40,060 bases of DNA from Promethearchaeota archaeon Loki_b32 (GCA_005223125.1 NJBH01000034.1:1-40060), one strand, 5' to 3'; positions 7,799 through 17,857 are shown, counted from the first letter of the stretch. Translations and numbers: made by a program. Notes: generated from the sequence alone by a model not told the origin.

Positions 7799-10204
7799 TT
7801 ATAGATTATGTTCCAATCTGTCAATAATATCATTTTGAATTGGAGTTCCAAGATCTATAAATGTCGCATTATAACCTCCAACTTTTACAATTAAATCTGG
7901 ATATTTTTCAGGATGTTTTTGAGCATTCCTTAAAGTTTCAGTTGAAACTGCTGTTGTTTGTACCTGCAATCCTCCCTTATCAAAATATCCTTTTAGAAGA
8001 TAAGAGAATTTCTCAACATTTTCTTCACTTAAAAGATTTTGAGGATGGATTCGGATATTTAATGCAATACCATTTGTAGCATAATCATAATTTAGTTTAG
8101 CAACTGAATTTAGAATTGCCGTGAGTCCTTCTTTTTCAACATTATTTACTGGAGATAAACTATTCGAGATTGCTTCCATTGCTTTCCTGCCATCTGCTGT
8201 TGGTTGTGTAAAAAACCCCTCCATTACATGAATTCCCATTGAATAAGCACCGGCACTATATCGCCCTCCTCTAAGAGGTCGATGCTTTGTAACCTCCGTA
8301 CAAAATAAATCCCATAGTTCATTAGCGAAGGAATCAATTTCTTCCTTATCATTTCCCCACTTTTCGTACTTATTTTTCAATCTTTGTCGAAGAGTCTCTT
8401 GCCCCTCGAAATTTGAATTCAAAATGTCAATAAACTCTGGTAAAGACATTAACTTTTCTTCATAGACAACCTTCTTAATGTTATAGAACGAATCAACTAA
8501 TGTAGCAAAACCATAAGCAGTAATTGAAGAAAAATCATATTTAGCACCCCCACAAACATAATCTAATCCGGTTTCCATACATCCTTCTAATGTTGCCGAA
8601 ATGAATGGATGTTGCATAAATTTCATTGCCTCTTCATCTCCTATTTGGGCAATTTTTACAGATTTTTCAATATTAAAAAGTAATTGACGTTTAAATGCGT
8701 CATAAAATTCTTCAAAGATTGTAAAATTAGTTGGATTTCCAGTTTGAAGCCCATCAACCATTTTAGATAAATTACTATACCCATTGTTTAATACTAATTC
8801 CAGTACACCTGGTAGGTTCATGAACATACGAGCCGTTGCTGAAAAACTATTACCTTGACCAGAAGGTTCAACACATCCTATAATAACATAATTACGAGCA
8901 TCTTCTAAGGAATAACCAGCTTTAACTAACGCAGGAATATATATCTCATCATTATAGAAAGCGATACCAGATGTGGATCTTAAAACTCTTATTACTTCTT
9001 CAATAAACTCTTTTGGTGTATTCTTATGAATTCTAACAGATAAATCTGTACTAAACACTTTTAGGTGCTTATATGCTTCAAGAAAAAGATATGATAGTTC
9101 ATTTGTAGCATCATTACCATCATTATTCATGCCAGAAATCGTAATTGTTTGAGTATTTTGGCCCAATGCATTGGCAACCATTGTAAAATCCGTAGGCAAG
9201 AGGGTTATATTCCAAGTTAATTTTAGATTTAATTCTTCTATTAACTCTAAAGCAAACTGTTTTGTTATTTTATTTGATGATATATCTCTTTGATAATATG
9301 TCCATAGAATTTGATCAAGTCTTCCTAAAGCAAGAACGCTACGTTGATAAATAATATTTGCTATATTTTGTGAAAACCAAACGTGTTGAACAGCTTCATA
9401 AAATGTATCAGGAGGGCTTTTAGTAAACTTTTCCATTATTTTGCTAATTAATTCAAGTTCAGCCTTTCTAGTATCATCATCTTCCTCCTTTGCTAAATTA
9501 TATGCTAAATTTGAATATCTTTGAGAAAATTCTATAGCTGCATTATAATATATTTTAACAGCTTCATAGAAATCGTATTTTTCTTGATGTTTTTCATCAT
9601 TTTTATCAAGATGGTTTTGAAAAAATATAGCTTCCTTAATAATACCTTTATAACCTGATTTCAAAAGTTTTTCATATCCCGCACAAAGATGACCTTCTGT
9701 GGTTCCTTGATGTATTGCAATATTAGGGGCTAAAGAAGCTATTTTTCCAGTACCAGTTATTAAACCTTCATTTAGGAGTCTTTTAATAATCTTATCTGCG
9801 ATCAAAGATTTTCCTTTCCAGAAAGGAATAATTTCTAATAACTCATCGCGTTCATTTTCCTCAATAAAAAAAGGTTGTAATTTTCTTCTTGCTAATTTTT
9901 TGTAGGTGCTGATTTTATCTAAACTATTATCATATCTTAATAAATCTAAGTTGATTTTTTCACCTAAATTTTTGCTTGTTTCATTCCCAACAAGTAATTC
10001 ATCATCTCTGATGAAAATGGTCATGTTTTTTAGAGTATGTGCTACTGCTTTTGCTCTTTTTATAATTTCAGGATCATTAGGATATTTTTTATATATCTGT
10101 GTAAAGTAGCTCATTCGTTCAATACACAATTCATACTTACTTGCGAGTAGATTATTTTTTAGCTTATAGGTTCTTCCTGATGAGCTATTAGTTATTGAAA
10201 TCAT
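7799..10204 (-). CDS. Glycyl radical enzyme (PFL2/dehydratase-like superfamily), substrate unknown
   Basis: 801 aa with IFIRDDELLVGN, LGRLDQ, Cys loop IIGCVEP, PTADGRKA...ISNSLSP and C-terminal Gly loop AQKHPEKYPDLIVKVGGYNATF. Confidence 0.93.
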   Translation of the reverse strand: MISITNSSSGRTYKLKNNLLASKYELCIERMSYFTQIYKKYPNDPEIIKRAKAVAHTLKNMTIFIRDDELLVGNETSKNLGEKINLDLLRYDNSLDKISTYKKLARRKLQPFFIEENERDELLEIIPFWKGKSLIADKIIKRLLNEGLITGTGKIASLAPNIAIHQGTTEGHLCAGYEKLLKSGYKGIIKEAIFFQNHLDKNDEKHQEKYDFYEAVKIYYNAAIEFSQRYSNLAYNLAKEEDDDTRKAELELISKIMEKFTKSPPDTFYEAVQHVWFSQNIANIIYQRSVLALGRLDQILWTYYQRDISSNKITKQFALELIEELNLKLTWNITLLPTDFTMVANALGQNTQTITISGMNNDGNDATNELSYLFLEAYKHLKVFSTDLSVRIHKNTPKEFIEEVIRVLRSTSGIAFYNDEIYIPALVKAGYSLEDARNYVIIGCVEPSGQGNSFSATARMFMNLPGVLELVLNNGYSNLSKMVDGLQTGNPTNFTIFEEFYDAFKRQLLFNIEKSVKIAQIGDEEAMKFMQHPFISATLEGCMETGLDYVCGGAKYDFSSITAYGFATLVDSFYNIKKVVYEEKLMSLPEFIDILNSNFEGQETLRQRLKNKYEKWGNDKEEIDSFANELWDLFCTEVTKHRPLRGGRYSAGAYSMGIHVMEGFFTQPTADGRKAMEAISNSLSPVNNVEKEGLTAILNSVAKLNYDYATNGIALNIRIHPQNLLSEENVEKFSYLLKGYFDKGGLQVQTTAVSTETLRNAQKHPEKYPDLIVKVGGYNATFIDLGTPIQNDIIDRLEHNL

Positions 10205-10348
10205 ATTAGGATCTTAATCTTGAATATAAAGCTTAGAGTATAAATTACATCATTAAATATAAAATTAGTTTTTATGGATTTTTAAATTAATTACTCCTAT
10301 CATTAGATAATATAATTAGATTTCAATAAATTTTAAAGGTCGAAAAAA

Positions 10349-11209
10349 TTGAATTTTGAAACAATTAAGTTTGAATTGAGAGAAGATGGTATTGGAATAT
10401 TAACGTTGAACCGTCCAGATAAATTGAATGCATTGAACTTTCAAATGATTGAAGATTTGCATTCAATATTTGATAATTTAATGATTAATCTTGATTGCAG
10501 GGTGCTTATATTAAGAGCTGCTGGAAAAGTTTTTTGTGCTGGATTAGATCTAAAAGAATCTGCTATTCTTCAATCCAAAAAAAAGCCAGAAGAGCTCAAA
10601 GAGAAATTTTTCTTTATGAGAGCTCCAGATAAAGATTTAATTAAAGCTAAAATATATGCGCAGGGAAGAGCTAGTCATTTAATTGTTAAAATGAGAAAGA
10701 TCAGTCAACCAATCATTGCTATCGTTCAGGGGGCTGCTACAGGTGCAGGATTTACTTTGGTTTTAGCAGCTGATATAAGAATTGCAGGAAAAGATGCAAA
10801 ATTAGCAAATTCATTTATTAATATAGGTTTTTCTGGTTCGGATTTAGCAAGTAGTTATCATTTACCTAGGCTTATTGGTATGTCGCGGGCTACTGAAATA
10901 TTATATACGGGGCGATTTGTAGATGCCGAAGAAGCTGAGAGAATTGGATTAGTTTTAAAGGTAATTAAAGGTGACGATACTAAATTATTAGAAGCAGCTT
11001 TGGAAATTGCTGAAAATTTACTTACCAAAAGTCCACTTGGGCTTAGAATGACAAAAGAAGCGATAAATTTAACACTGGATTCCCCGAGTTTAGATACGAT
11101 AATGCAAATAGAAAATCGTTCGCAAATGTTATGCTCAGCATCAATAGATCTTTTAGAAGGAATTAATGCTTTTTTCGAAAAACGAAAACCAAAATATCCA
11201 AAATCGTAA
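10349..11209 (+). CDS. Enoyl-CoA hydratase/isomerase (crotonase) family protein, paralog 1
   Basis: LTLNRPDKLNALN, FCAGLDL, PIIAIVQGAATGAG, AEEAERIGLV and AFFEKRKPKY. Confidence 0.93.
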   Translation: MNFETIKFELREDGIGILTLNRPDKLNALNFQMIEDLHSIFDNLMINLDCRVLILRAAGKVFCAGLDLKESAILQSKKKPEELKEKFFFMRAPDKDLIKAKIYAQGRASHLIVKMRKISQPIIAIVQGAATGAGFTLVLAADIRIAGKDAKLANSFINIGFSGSDLASSYHLPRLIGMSRATEILYTGRFVDAEEAERIGLVLKVIKGDDTKLLEAALEIAENLLTKSPLGLRMTKEAINLTLDSPSLDTIMQIENRSQMLCSASIDLLEGINAFFEKRKPKYPKS

Positions 11210-11234
11210 AAAAAAAGAAAAACAATGAAAAATT

Positions 11235-12080
11235 ATGGAATTTGAAACCATTAAATTTGAATTGAGGGAAGACGGTATTGGAATTTTAAGTTTGAATAGA
11301 CCAGAGAAATTAAATGCGATTTCATTTCAAATGGAAGAAGAACTTCATCAAGTAATGGATGATTTGATGATTAATTTAGAGTGTCGTGTTTTAATTTTAA
11401 AAGGAGAGGGAAGAGCATTTTCAGCAGGGACAGATTTACAAGAAGGCTTAATTCTAAACTCTAAAAAAACACCAGAAGGTTATGATAAATTTTACTACTT
11501 AAATGTATCTGAACCTATAAAAAGGAAAATCTATCATCAGTGGCGTATAACTCAAATTATTATGAAAATGAGAAAAATTTCACAACCAATTATAGCAGCG
11601 GTTCATGGATCAATCGCTGGTGGTGGTTTTGGATTTGCAATGGCGGCAGATATTAGATTTGCTAGTAAAGATGCTAAATTTATAAACGCCTCAATTAATA
11701 TTGGATTATCTGGTGCAGATATGGGGAGTAGTTACTTTCTTCCACGCCTCATTGGTCTTTCAAGAGCCAATGAAATGCTTTATAGTGGGAGATCTGTAAG
11801 CGGAGAGGAAGCTGAGAAAATTGGATTTGTTTTAAAAGTTGTAGAGAAAGAAAATTTAATGAATGAAGCAATAAAATTGGCAGAAGAATTGTTAACTAAA
11901 AGCCCATTAGGTTTACGCATGACTAAAGAAGCCCTCAATTTATCATTAGATTCACCAAGTTTAAATAATATTTTACAATTTGAAAATAGTTCCATCGTAT
12001 TAACTTTCTCCTCTAAAGATGTAAATGAAGCAGCAAGTGCTTTCTTTGGAAAAAGAAAACCAAAATATGGACTAAAATAG
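11235..12080 (+). CDS. Enoyl-CoA hydratase/isomerase (crotonase) family protein, paralog 2
   Basis: LSLNRPEKLNAIS, FSAGTDL and PIIAAVHGSIAGGG. The N-terminus is nearly identical to paralog 1. Confidence 0.93.
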   Translation: MEFETIKFELREDGIGILSLNRPEKLNAISFQMEEELHQVMDDLMINLECRVLILKGEGRAFSAGTDLQEGLILNSKKTPEGYDKFYYLNVSEPIKRKIYHQWRITQIIMKMRKISQPIIAAVHGSIAGGGFGFAMAADIRFASKDAKFINASINIGLSGADMGSSYFLPRLIGLSRANEMLYSGRSVSGEEAEKIGFVLKVVEKENLMNEAIKLAEELLTKSPLGLRMTKEALNLSLDSPSLNNILQFENSSIVLTFSSKDVNEAASAFFGKRKPKYGLK

Positions 12081-12098
12081 TTAAATTCACTGTAAATA

Positions 12099-13856
12099 CT
12101 ATATAATTCTAAAGAAAACTCGAAAATAGAATATAACAAATGGTAACATTACCAAAAGGAACATGGAAAATATATTCTTATAGAATTTTGACAAGAACAT
12201 AACTAAATTCCTAATAAAGTAAATTATTATACCCATTAATATTATGAAAAAAATATGAGACATTATTCCCCCTAATATAGGGAAAGGGGGAACAGGGACA
12301 AAAATTAAAAATATTAGAAGAGATAAAGGTCGAATAATCATTAAGATCATAGGATGCCTTCCTTTCATTTCTCTTAAATACAAATAATCCATACTTCCAG
12401 ATCCTAATCCTATAACCAAATATGGTATTGACTCAAATCTAATAAAGGGAATAGTAAAAGTCATGGTTAATTGTGTTACTAAATTATAGAACACAATAAA
12501 ATAGATTGTTGGGATAATCACTATAGAAAGTGAGTAGAGTGAAGTAAATAATTTATTGTTAATCCAACTCTTCCATTCTACTTTCCAGCTGGAATGGAGT
12601 TCACTTGGGATAAATAGCATTATAATAATTATAATAATTGGAAAAAAAATGAAATAACCGTATAATAATGAACTATTGAAAACTGAAAATAAAATTCCTG
12701 ATAGTAAAGTAGCACCTAGATAGCTTACTGAACGATAGATTAACATCTTATTATACTTTGCTTTACCCTCACGTGAATCGTCAATGACAGGTTTAATTGG
12801 CAGCTGATCCCAATACGGTATAATCTTATTTTTTAATATTAGTACACTCAATCCCATAAAGAGAAGGATAGCGGAGACAATAATAATTATCTCTGACATA
12901 ATGTTTTGAGGAAAATTAAAATTAATTAATGTGATTTTATTGATTTCTGTATCAAGATCTAAGATATTAATAGAAGAATTATGAAAAAAATGCTCAAACC
13001 ATGCAATAGAATACTTTAATGAAGTCTCGTCCTTTTCATTTCCTTCATGCCCTAAACTCGGTCTTAATTTTAATTCAATATCATTTCGGGTTGTACCGTT
13101 TAAATGATTATAGAAATCTTGAGTATCTTGTGGTTCTATTATCTTATCTGATTGTCCCTGTAATAATAATAGATTCTGACTATTACTTACATTAGCAACA
13201 TCAAAAGCATCCTGAATGTCATCTATATTAGTTACTTGTGTGGTTGACCCAATAAGGTTCTGAATTGGGATTCTATCTGTTAAGCTATCCAAAGACGATA
13301 AAGGATGATAAAGTACTACAGCATTTATTCTATCATCTTTTGCTTGTAGGATTGCTCCAATACCTCCACCATACGAAAAACCTAATAATCCCATATGTGA
13401 AGTGTTAGCAAAATCATAATTATTTTCAATAAAATCGATCACTTCAATCATATCATCTGGTTCTTTTCCTAAAAATCCACTAGGTCCTCCTGATTCTCCA
13501 TGTCCTCGCTGTTCTACTGAAATTACGGCATACCCAAGCTTAACAAATTGATAAATAATACTAACTTTATGCTCCTTCCTTCCATTAATCCCATGAAGTA
13601 GTAATATTGTTGGAATGGAGTTCGTATCATTTTCTTTTAAATCTTTATCTACATAAATTAAACTTTTAATCGAAATCCCATCTCGCATTTTTACAGAAAT
13701 GTTTTCAATATCGATGTTTTCCTTTTCAAAATAGGTTAATTTCTGAGTGCCAATTAGAAAAGCAAGAGAGATAGAAATAATTGTTAAAACAATGCTAGAA
13801 GCTACAAGAACAACTCCTAAATACCTAAATAATTGTTTTCTCTCCATCTTATTCAA
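12099..13856 (-). CDS. Membrane-bound alpha/beta hydrolase (N-terminal anchor, esterase/peptidase domain, multi-pass C-terminal membrane domain)
   Basis: LLLHGING, EQRGHGESGG, nucleophile elbow GFSYGG, QGQSDKII (Asp) and LGHE (His), followed by about 8 hydrophobic segments. Confidence 0.85.
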   Translation of the reverse strand: MNKMERKQLFRYLGVVLVASSIVLTIISISLAFLIGTQKLTYFEKENIDIENISVKMRDGISIKSLIYVDKDLKENDTNSIPTILLLHGINGRKEHKVSIIYQFVKLGYAVISVEQRGHGESGGPSGFLGKEPDDMIEVIDFIENNYDFANTSHMGLLGFSYGGGIGAILQAKDDRINAVVLYHPLSSLDSLTDRIPIQNLIGSTTQVTNIDDIQDAFDVANVSNSQNLLLLQGQSDKIIEPQDTQDFYNHLNGTTRNDIELKLRPSLGHEGNEKDETSLKYSIAWFEHFFHNSSINILDLDTEINKITLINFNFPQNIMSEIIIIVSAILLFMGLSVLILKNKIIPYWDQLPIKPVIDDSREGKAKYNKMLIYRSVSYLGATLLSGILFSVFNSSLLYGYFIFFPIIIIIIMLFIPSELHSSWKVEWKSWINNKLFTSLYSLSIVIIPTIYFIVFYNLVTQLTMTFTIPFIRFESIPYLVIGLGSGSMDYLYLREMKGRHPMILMIIRPLSLLIFLIFVPVPPFPILGGIMSHIFFIILMGIIIYFIRNLVMFLSKFYKNIFSMFLLVMLPFVIFYFRVFFRII

Positions 13857-13963
13857 TAATTTTATTAATAATATAACTATATTCCTTATTTGTTATTAAA
13901 CAAGTTTTTATAATTGCATTTGAATTATTACATTCATACATTTGATTTTATAAGATTGTTATC

Positions 13964-14215
13964 ATGGAGATATGTGCTGAGTGTGAAAAAGAAGCTGTTT
14001 CTAAATGTGCTATTTGTGGGAAACCATTATGTAATGACCATATAACCCATGGTATGTCAATGAGAACAAATGCTCCAGCAGCTAATTGTGCTAATTGTCA
14101 AAAAAATTTTCCAAGAAAAATGAAGAAAAATATCTTAATTATGGCTCCAATCCTTATTGTTGGGGCAATAATCTTACTAGTTTATTTAAGTACAATCATT
14201 CCCTTTGGATTATAA
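13964..14215 (+). CDS. Small zinc-finger (B-box-like) protein with C-terminal membrane anchor
   Basis: CAEC...CAICGKPLCNDH...CANC, then a basic stretch and a C-terminal hydrophobic helix. Confidence 0.7.
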   Translation: MEICAECEKEAVSKCAICGKPLCNDHITHGMSMRTNAPAANCANCQKNFPRKMKKNILIMAPILIVGAIILLVYLSTIIPFGL

Positions 14216-14269
14216 ATGTTTTATTAATAGGATTATTCATAATAATAATTTAGTTAATGTGAAAATGCT

Positions 14270-14776
14270 ATGGATAATAAGAAAATATCAGATTCTAAAG
14301 TTCAAATTGCTCAAGTAATGATGCCCGAGCATTCTAATGCTGCGGGTAATGTTCATGGAGGATATATTTTAAAATTAGTTGATCAAGCAGGAGCTATAGT
14401 AGCAGCAAGACATACACACCTTAATTGTGTTACAGCCTCGCTTGATAGAATGGATTTTATATCCCCTGTATATATAGGAAATTTAACATTCGCCAAAGCT
14501 TCAATTAATTATACGGGAAGAACATCCATGGAGATTGGTGTTAGAGTGGAGGCAGAATGTTTAAGGACAGGAACTCATACTCATGTAGGATCAGCCTATC
14601 TAACTTTTGTTGCGCTTGATGAAAATGATAAACCAGCAGAGATCCCTCAAATAATCCCGGAGACAGAAGAAGAAAAACGGCGATATGAAGAAGCTAAGAA
14701 AAGACGAGAAATAAGACTACAACAAACAAAAAAACATAGACATATTCAGCAACCTTGCCTTGTAAGACCCGAATAA
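14270..14776 (+). CDS. Acyl-CoA thioesterase (hotdog fold, YciA-like)
   Basis: MPEHSNAAGNVHGGYILKLVDQAG, VTASLDRMDFISPV, YTGRTSMEIGVRV and AYLTFVALDE. Confidence 0.93.
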   Translation: MDNKKISDSKVQIAQVMMPEHSNAAGNVHGGYILKLVDQAGAIVAARHTHLNCVTASLDRMDFISPVYIGNLTFAKASINYTGRTSMEIGVRVEAECLRTGTHTHVGSAYLTFVALDENDKPAEIPQIIPETEEEKRRYEEAKKRREIRLQQTKKHRHIQQPCLVRPE

Positions 14777-14875
14777 TAAAATTGATGAATTTTCAAGCTA
14801 CTTGAAAACACCTCGAACTTCTTTTGAATAAACATAGTTTTTATAAAATTGATAATATAATTATTCATATTCAAT

Positions 14876-16216
14876 TTGGGAGTAACCATGGAAGAAGTAA
14901 AAAAGAAACCTAAATTAAAGCGCAGAGTTTCCTTATTTGCTCTTACCGCATATGGCGTAGGAAATGTTTTAGGAGCTGGGATATACGCATTAATAGGAGA
15001 AGTCGTAGGCATAACTGGAAACTTATCATGGTTATCATTTATTCTAGCATCAGTAACTGGTGCCTTAACCGGTTTATCATATGCTGAACTTTCGGCAATG
15101 TTTCCAAAAAGTGCTGCTGAGTTTGTTTATACAGAAGAAGCTTTTAAGATTAGAACCCTATCTTTTATTTTAGGATGGATAATTATTTTTTCTGGAATAT
15201 TCTCTGCGGCAACTGTTGCATTAGCTTTTAGCAGTTATTTATCTGGTTTCTTTGGAATAGATTCAGTATATCTAATTATATTTTTCGCAATTTTACTTGT
15301 ACTAATTCTCAGTGGAATAAATATCGTAGGTATTAAAACATCAACTAGAACCAATATTTTGTTTACATTAATCGAAGCATCAGGATTAATTATTATAATT
15401 ATTATAGGTTTTCCTTTTTTTGGTTCTGTTAATTACTTTGAGCTTCCAACAGCTGCATCTTTTACAGCAGTCTTTTCTGCAGTTGCACTAATCTTTTTTG
15501 CCTACATAGGATTTGAAGATATTGCTAATATAGCTGAAGAGGTTAAAGAACCTCATAGAAATCTACCTAAAGCTATTATTTATTCAATAATTATAACAAC
15601 AATCCTTTATTGTCTTACAGCGATTTCAGTTGTTAGTATATTACCTTATAATGAAATAGCCGCATCTGAAGCCCCTTTAAGAGATGTTGCTGCCGAAGTG
15701 TTAGGTTCCGCTGGTGGAATCATCATGTCGTTAATTGCTTTATTTGCTACTGCAAATACAGTTCTCATAATGTTAATTGTCACATCTCGTATGATGTATG
15801 GTATGGCACGTGATAAAGCACTTCCTGAAGGACTAAGTAAAATCTCGCCAAAATATAGAACGCCCGTAATTGCAGTATTTTTAACTATGATCCTCACAAT
15901 AATACCAATTTTTTTCGGGGACATATCAATAGTTGCTCACGCTACTGTTTTTGGAGTTCTTATTAATTTTTTCTTAGTCAATATTAGTTTAATAGCTTTA
16001 AGAAAAACTAAACCTAATCTCGAAAGGCCATTTAAAGTTAAGCCAAGTATTAAATGGGTACCTATTATTGCTCTATTAGGGTCAATTGTCTGCATAGGGT
16101 TATTATTTACCTTTGATTGGTTGATAATTGTTATACAATCAGTTATAATTCTCTGTGGTATTGGAGTTTTTTATATTATGAAATCAAAAATAGAGACTAA
16201 ATCAATAAAAAATTAA
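14876..16216 (+). CDS. APC-family amino acid permease
   Basis: GVGNVLGAGIY, LSYAELSAMFP, FFAYIGFEDIANIAEEVKEP and SRMMYGMARD. The true start may be the ATG at 14888. Confidence 0.93.
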   Translation: MGVTMEEVKKKPKLKRRVSLFALTAYGVGNVLGAGIYALIGEVVGITGNLSWLSFILASVTGALTGLSYAELSAMFPKSAAEFVYTEEAFKIRTLSFILGWIIIFSGIFSAATVALAFSSYLSGFFGIDSVYLIIFFAILLVLILSGINIVGIKTSTRTNILFTLIEASGLIIIIIIGFPFFGSVNYFELPTAASFTAVFSAVALIFFAYIGFEDIANIAEEVKEPHRNLPKAIIYSIIITTILYCLTAISVVSILPYNEIAASEAPLRDVAAEVLGSAGGIIMSLIALFATANTVLIMLIVTSRMMYGMARDKALPEGLSKISPKYRTPVIAVFLTMILTIIPIFFGDISIVAHATVFGVLINFFLVNISLIALRKTKPNLERPFKVKPSIKWVPIIALLGSIVCIGLLFTFDWLIIVIQSVIILCGIGVFYIMKSKIETKSIKN

Positions 16217-16218
16217 AA

Positions 16219-16959
16219 TCATAACTCATCGATACTACAATATCCAACTATCTCATCTCTTAAAAATATCTTAAAAGGTAATTCAAGTCCTTTAAATGGT
16301 TTAAGAAGATTATGTAAAACATCATGTTCTGGTTTTAAAAAAACATCTTTAAATCTTTCCCCTACTCCTTCACGATATTGATATTGCTGTAGAACAAAAT
16401 TACCATCAAATTCTATATTTCTGAGATAATTTATAATTTCCCCAATATCATCAGCATCCAATAATTCTTCTACAAATGTGGTCCGTATTTCAAAATCAAT
16501 ATCTTTCTGATTTCTCAAATATTTAATAGTTTCAGATATTTTATCTAAATTAATTTTAATTCCTGTTATATTTTCCATTTTTTTAGGTTTTAAGGGACTC
16601 TTTAAATCTAAAGCAACTCTGTTTATAAAAGGAGCTATATTCTTTATTACATCTGGATTTGAACCGTTTGTATCTACACTTAGATATTTATTTATTTTAT
16701 GGATCTCTCTACATAGTTCTGGCAAATCATCTTGTAAAGTAGGTTCCCCCCCAGTAATACTCACTCCGCTTACTAATAAATTACTCTTGATTTTATCCAT
16801 TAATTCGCTAATCCTATATTCCCTACCAACATTAAGCTGTAATAGATATTTATTATGACAAAACTTACATTTGAAATTGCAACCTACAGTAAAAATTACC
16901 ATGCTTGATCGATGTGGAATATCCTTAGTTGATATATCAATTATTCCCCCTATACGCAT
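16219..16959 (-). CDS. nrdG: Radical SAM glycyl-radical activating enzyme (anaerobic ribonucleotide reductase activase NrdG-like)
   Basis: MRIGGIIDISTKDIP N-terminus, GCNFKCKFCHN (CxxxCxxC), ITGGEPTLQ, DTNGSNP, LDLKSP and FEIRTT. Confidence 0.8.
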   Translation of the reverse strand: MRIGGIIDISTKDIPHRSSMVIFTVGCNFKCKFCHNKYLLQLNVGREYRISELMDKIKSNLLVSGVSITGGEPTLQDDLPELCREIHKINKYLSVDTNGSNPDVIKNIAPFINRVALDLKSPLKPKKMENITGIKINLDKISETIKYLRNQKDIDFEIRTTFVEELLDADDIGEIINYLRNIEFDGNFVLQQYQYREGVGERFKDVFLKPEHDVLHNLLKPFKGLELPFKIFLRDEIVGYCSIDEL

Positions 16960-16966
16960 ATAAGGA

Positions 16967-17857
16967 TCAATACTCTTTTTTAATTAAACTTTCAACTTGA
17001 TATAATGGTAGATTAAATGGTCCAGGAGCTTCTAATTTAAGAGATGTCAAAGCGGCAGCAAATTTTAATGATTGTTCAGGATCTTTTGTAATCCGAGATC
17101 CTAAATAACTAATAAAAGCGGTATCACCTCTACCTGTCCTTCCCATTGAACTAGTATTTTTCCAAGGGAAAAAAAATGATTTAGTTAATGTAAAAATAGA
17201 TATTCCTCGTTCATGAGTAATAAGAATTTCTTTGGCTCCAAATTGAATTAGATTTTTTGCAGCACTCGCTATGGTTTTTTGATTTGTTAAAATTTCTGCT
17301 TCAGTTTGATCCAGCTTTAGGACATTAATATTTGAAATAGTCTGCTTTTTTTCTTTTTGAGATAAAGTGGAATAAAATACTCTACCATTTTTTCTAAATC
17401 TCATAAAACCTTGTATATCAAGGCATAAATTTCTAGGATACTTGCTTTTAGCATACTCAAGTAACTCTAGATCAACCTCTCCTGCAATTATAGGACCAAT
17501 TACAAAAAATTTAGTATTTATCTCCGGAATTTCTTCTTTTCTAAATAAACCTGCAAAACCAAGAGGTTCATAATCTCTGTACTCCATATTTTTAGATGAA
17601 TAAATATTTTTTAAACCAGAAGTTTGTTCAGAGGGATAAGCATAATAATTTATCCCGTTTTTCTTAAATACATTTAATATGTCAAAATCTTCTTCATTTA
17701 ATCTTGTAATAACTGTTATTTTAAGACCCATGTGACTACCGGCTACTCCACCATAATACACAGCGCCCCCTAAAGAATCATGGCTTTTTCCATCAATTTC
17801 AATAATATCTTTAGCGATGTGTCCTAAAATAACTATATCAGCTGATTCTCTATTCAT
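16967..17857 (-). CDS. PfkB/ribokinase-family carbohydrate kinase
   Basis: ILGHIAKDII, LGGAVYYGG, LDIQG, KLDQTEA and anion-hole motif GRTGRGDTAF. It lies 7 nt upstream of the radical SAM gene. Confidence 0.88.
   Translation of the reverse strand: MNRESADIVILGHIAKDIIEIDGKSHDSLGGAVYYGGVAGSHMGLKITVITRLNEEDFDILNVFKKNGINYYAYPSEQTSGLKNIYSSKNMEYRDYEPLGFAGLFRKEEIPEINTKFFVIGPIIAGEVDLELLEYAKSKYPRNLCLDIQGFMRFRKNGRVFYSTLSQKEKKQTISNINVLKLDQTEAEILTNQKTIASAAKNLIQFGAKEILITHERGISIFTLTKSFFFPWKNTSSMGRTGRGDTAFISYLGSRITKDPEQSLKFAAALTSLKLEAPGPFNLPLYQVESLIKKEY

Noticed and set aside
7799-10204. Calling the GRE pyruvate formate-lyase or choline TMA-lyase (CutC)
   Set aside because: It lacks the PFL Cys-Cys pair. 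GCVEP alone is not diagnostic of CutC, and the flanking specificity segments differ.
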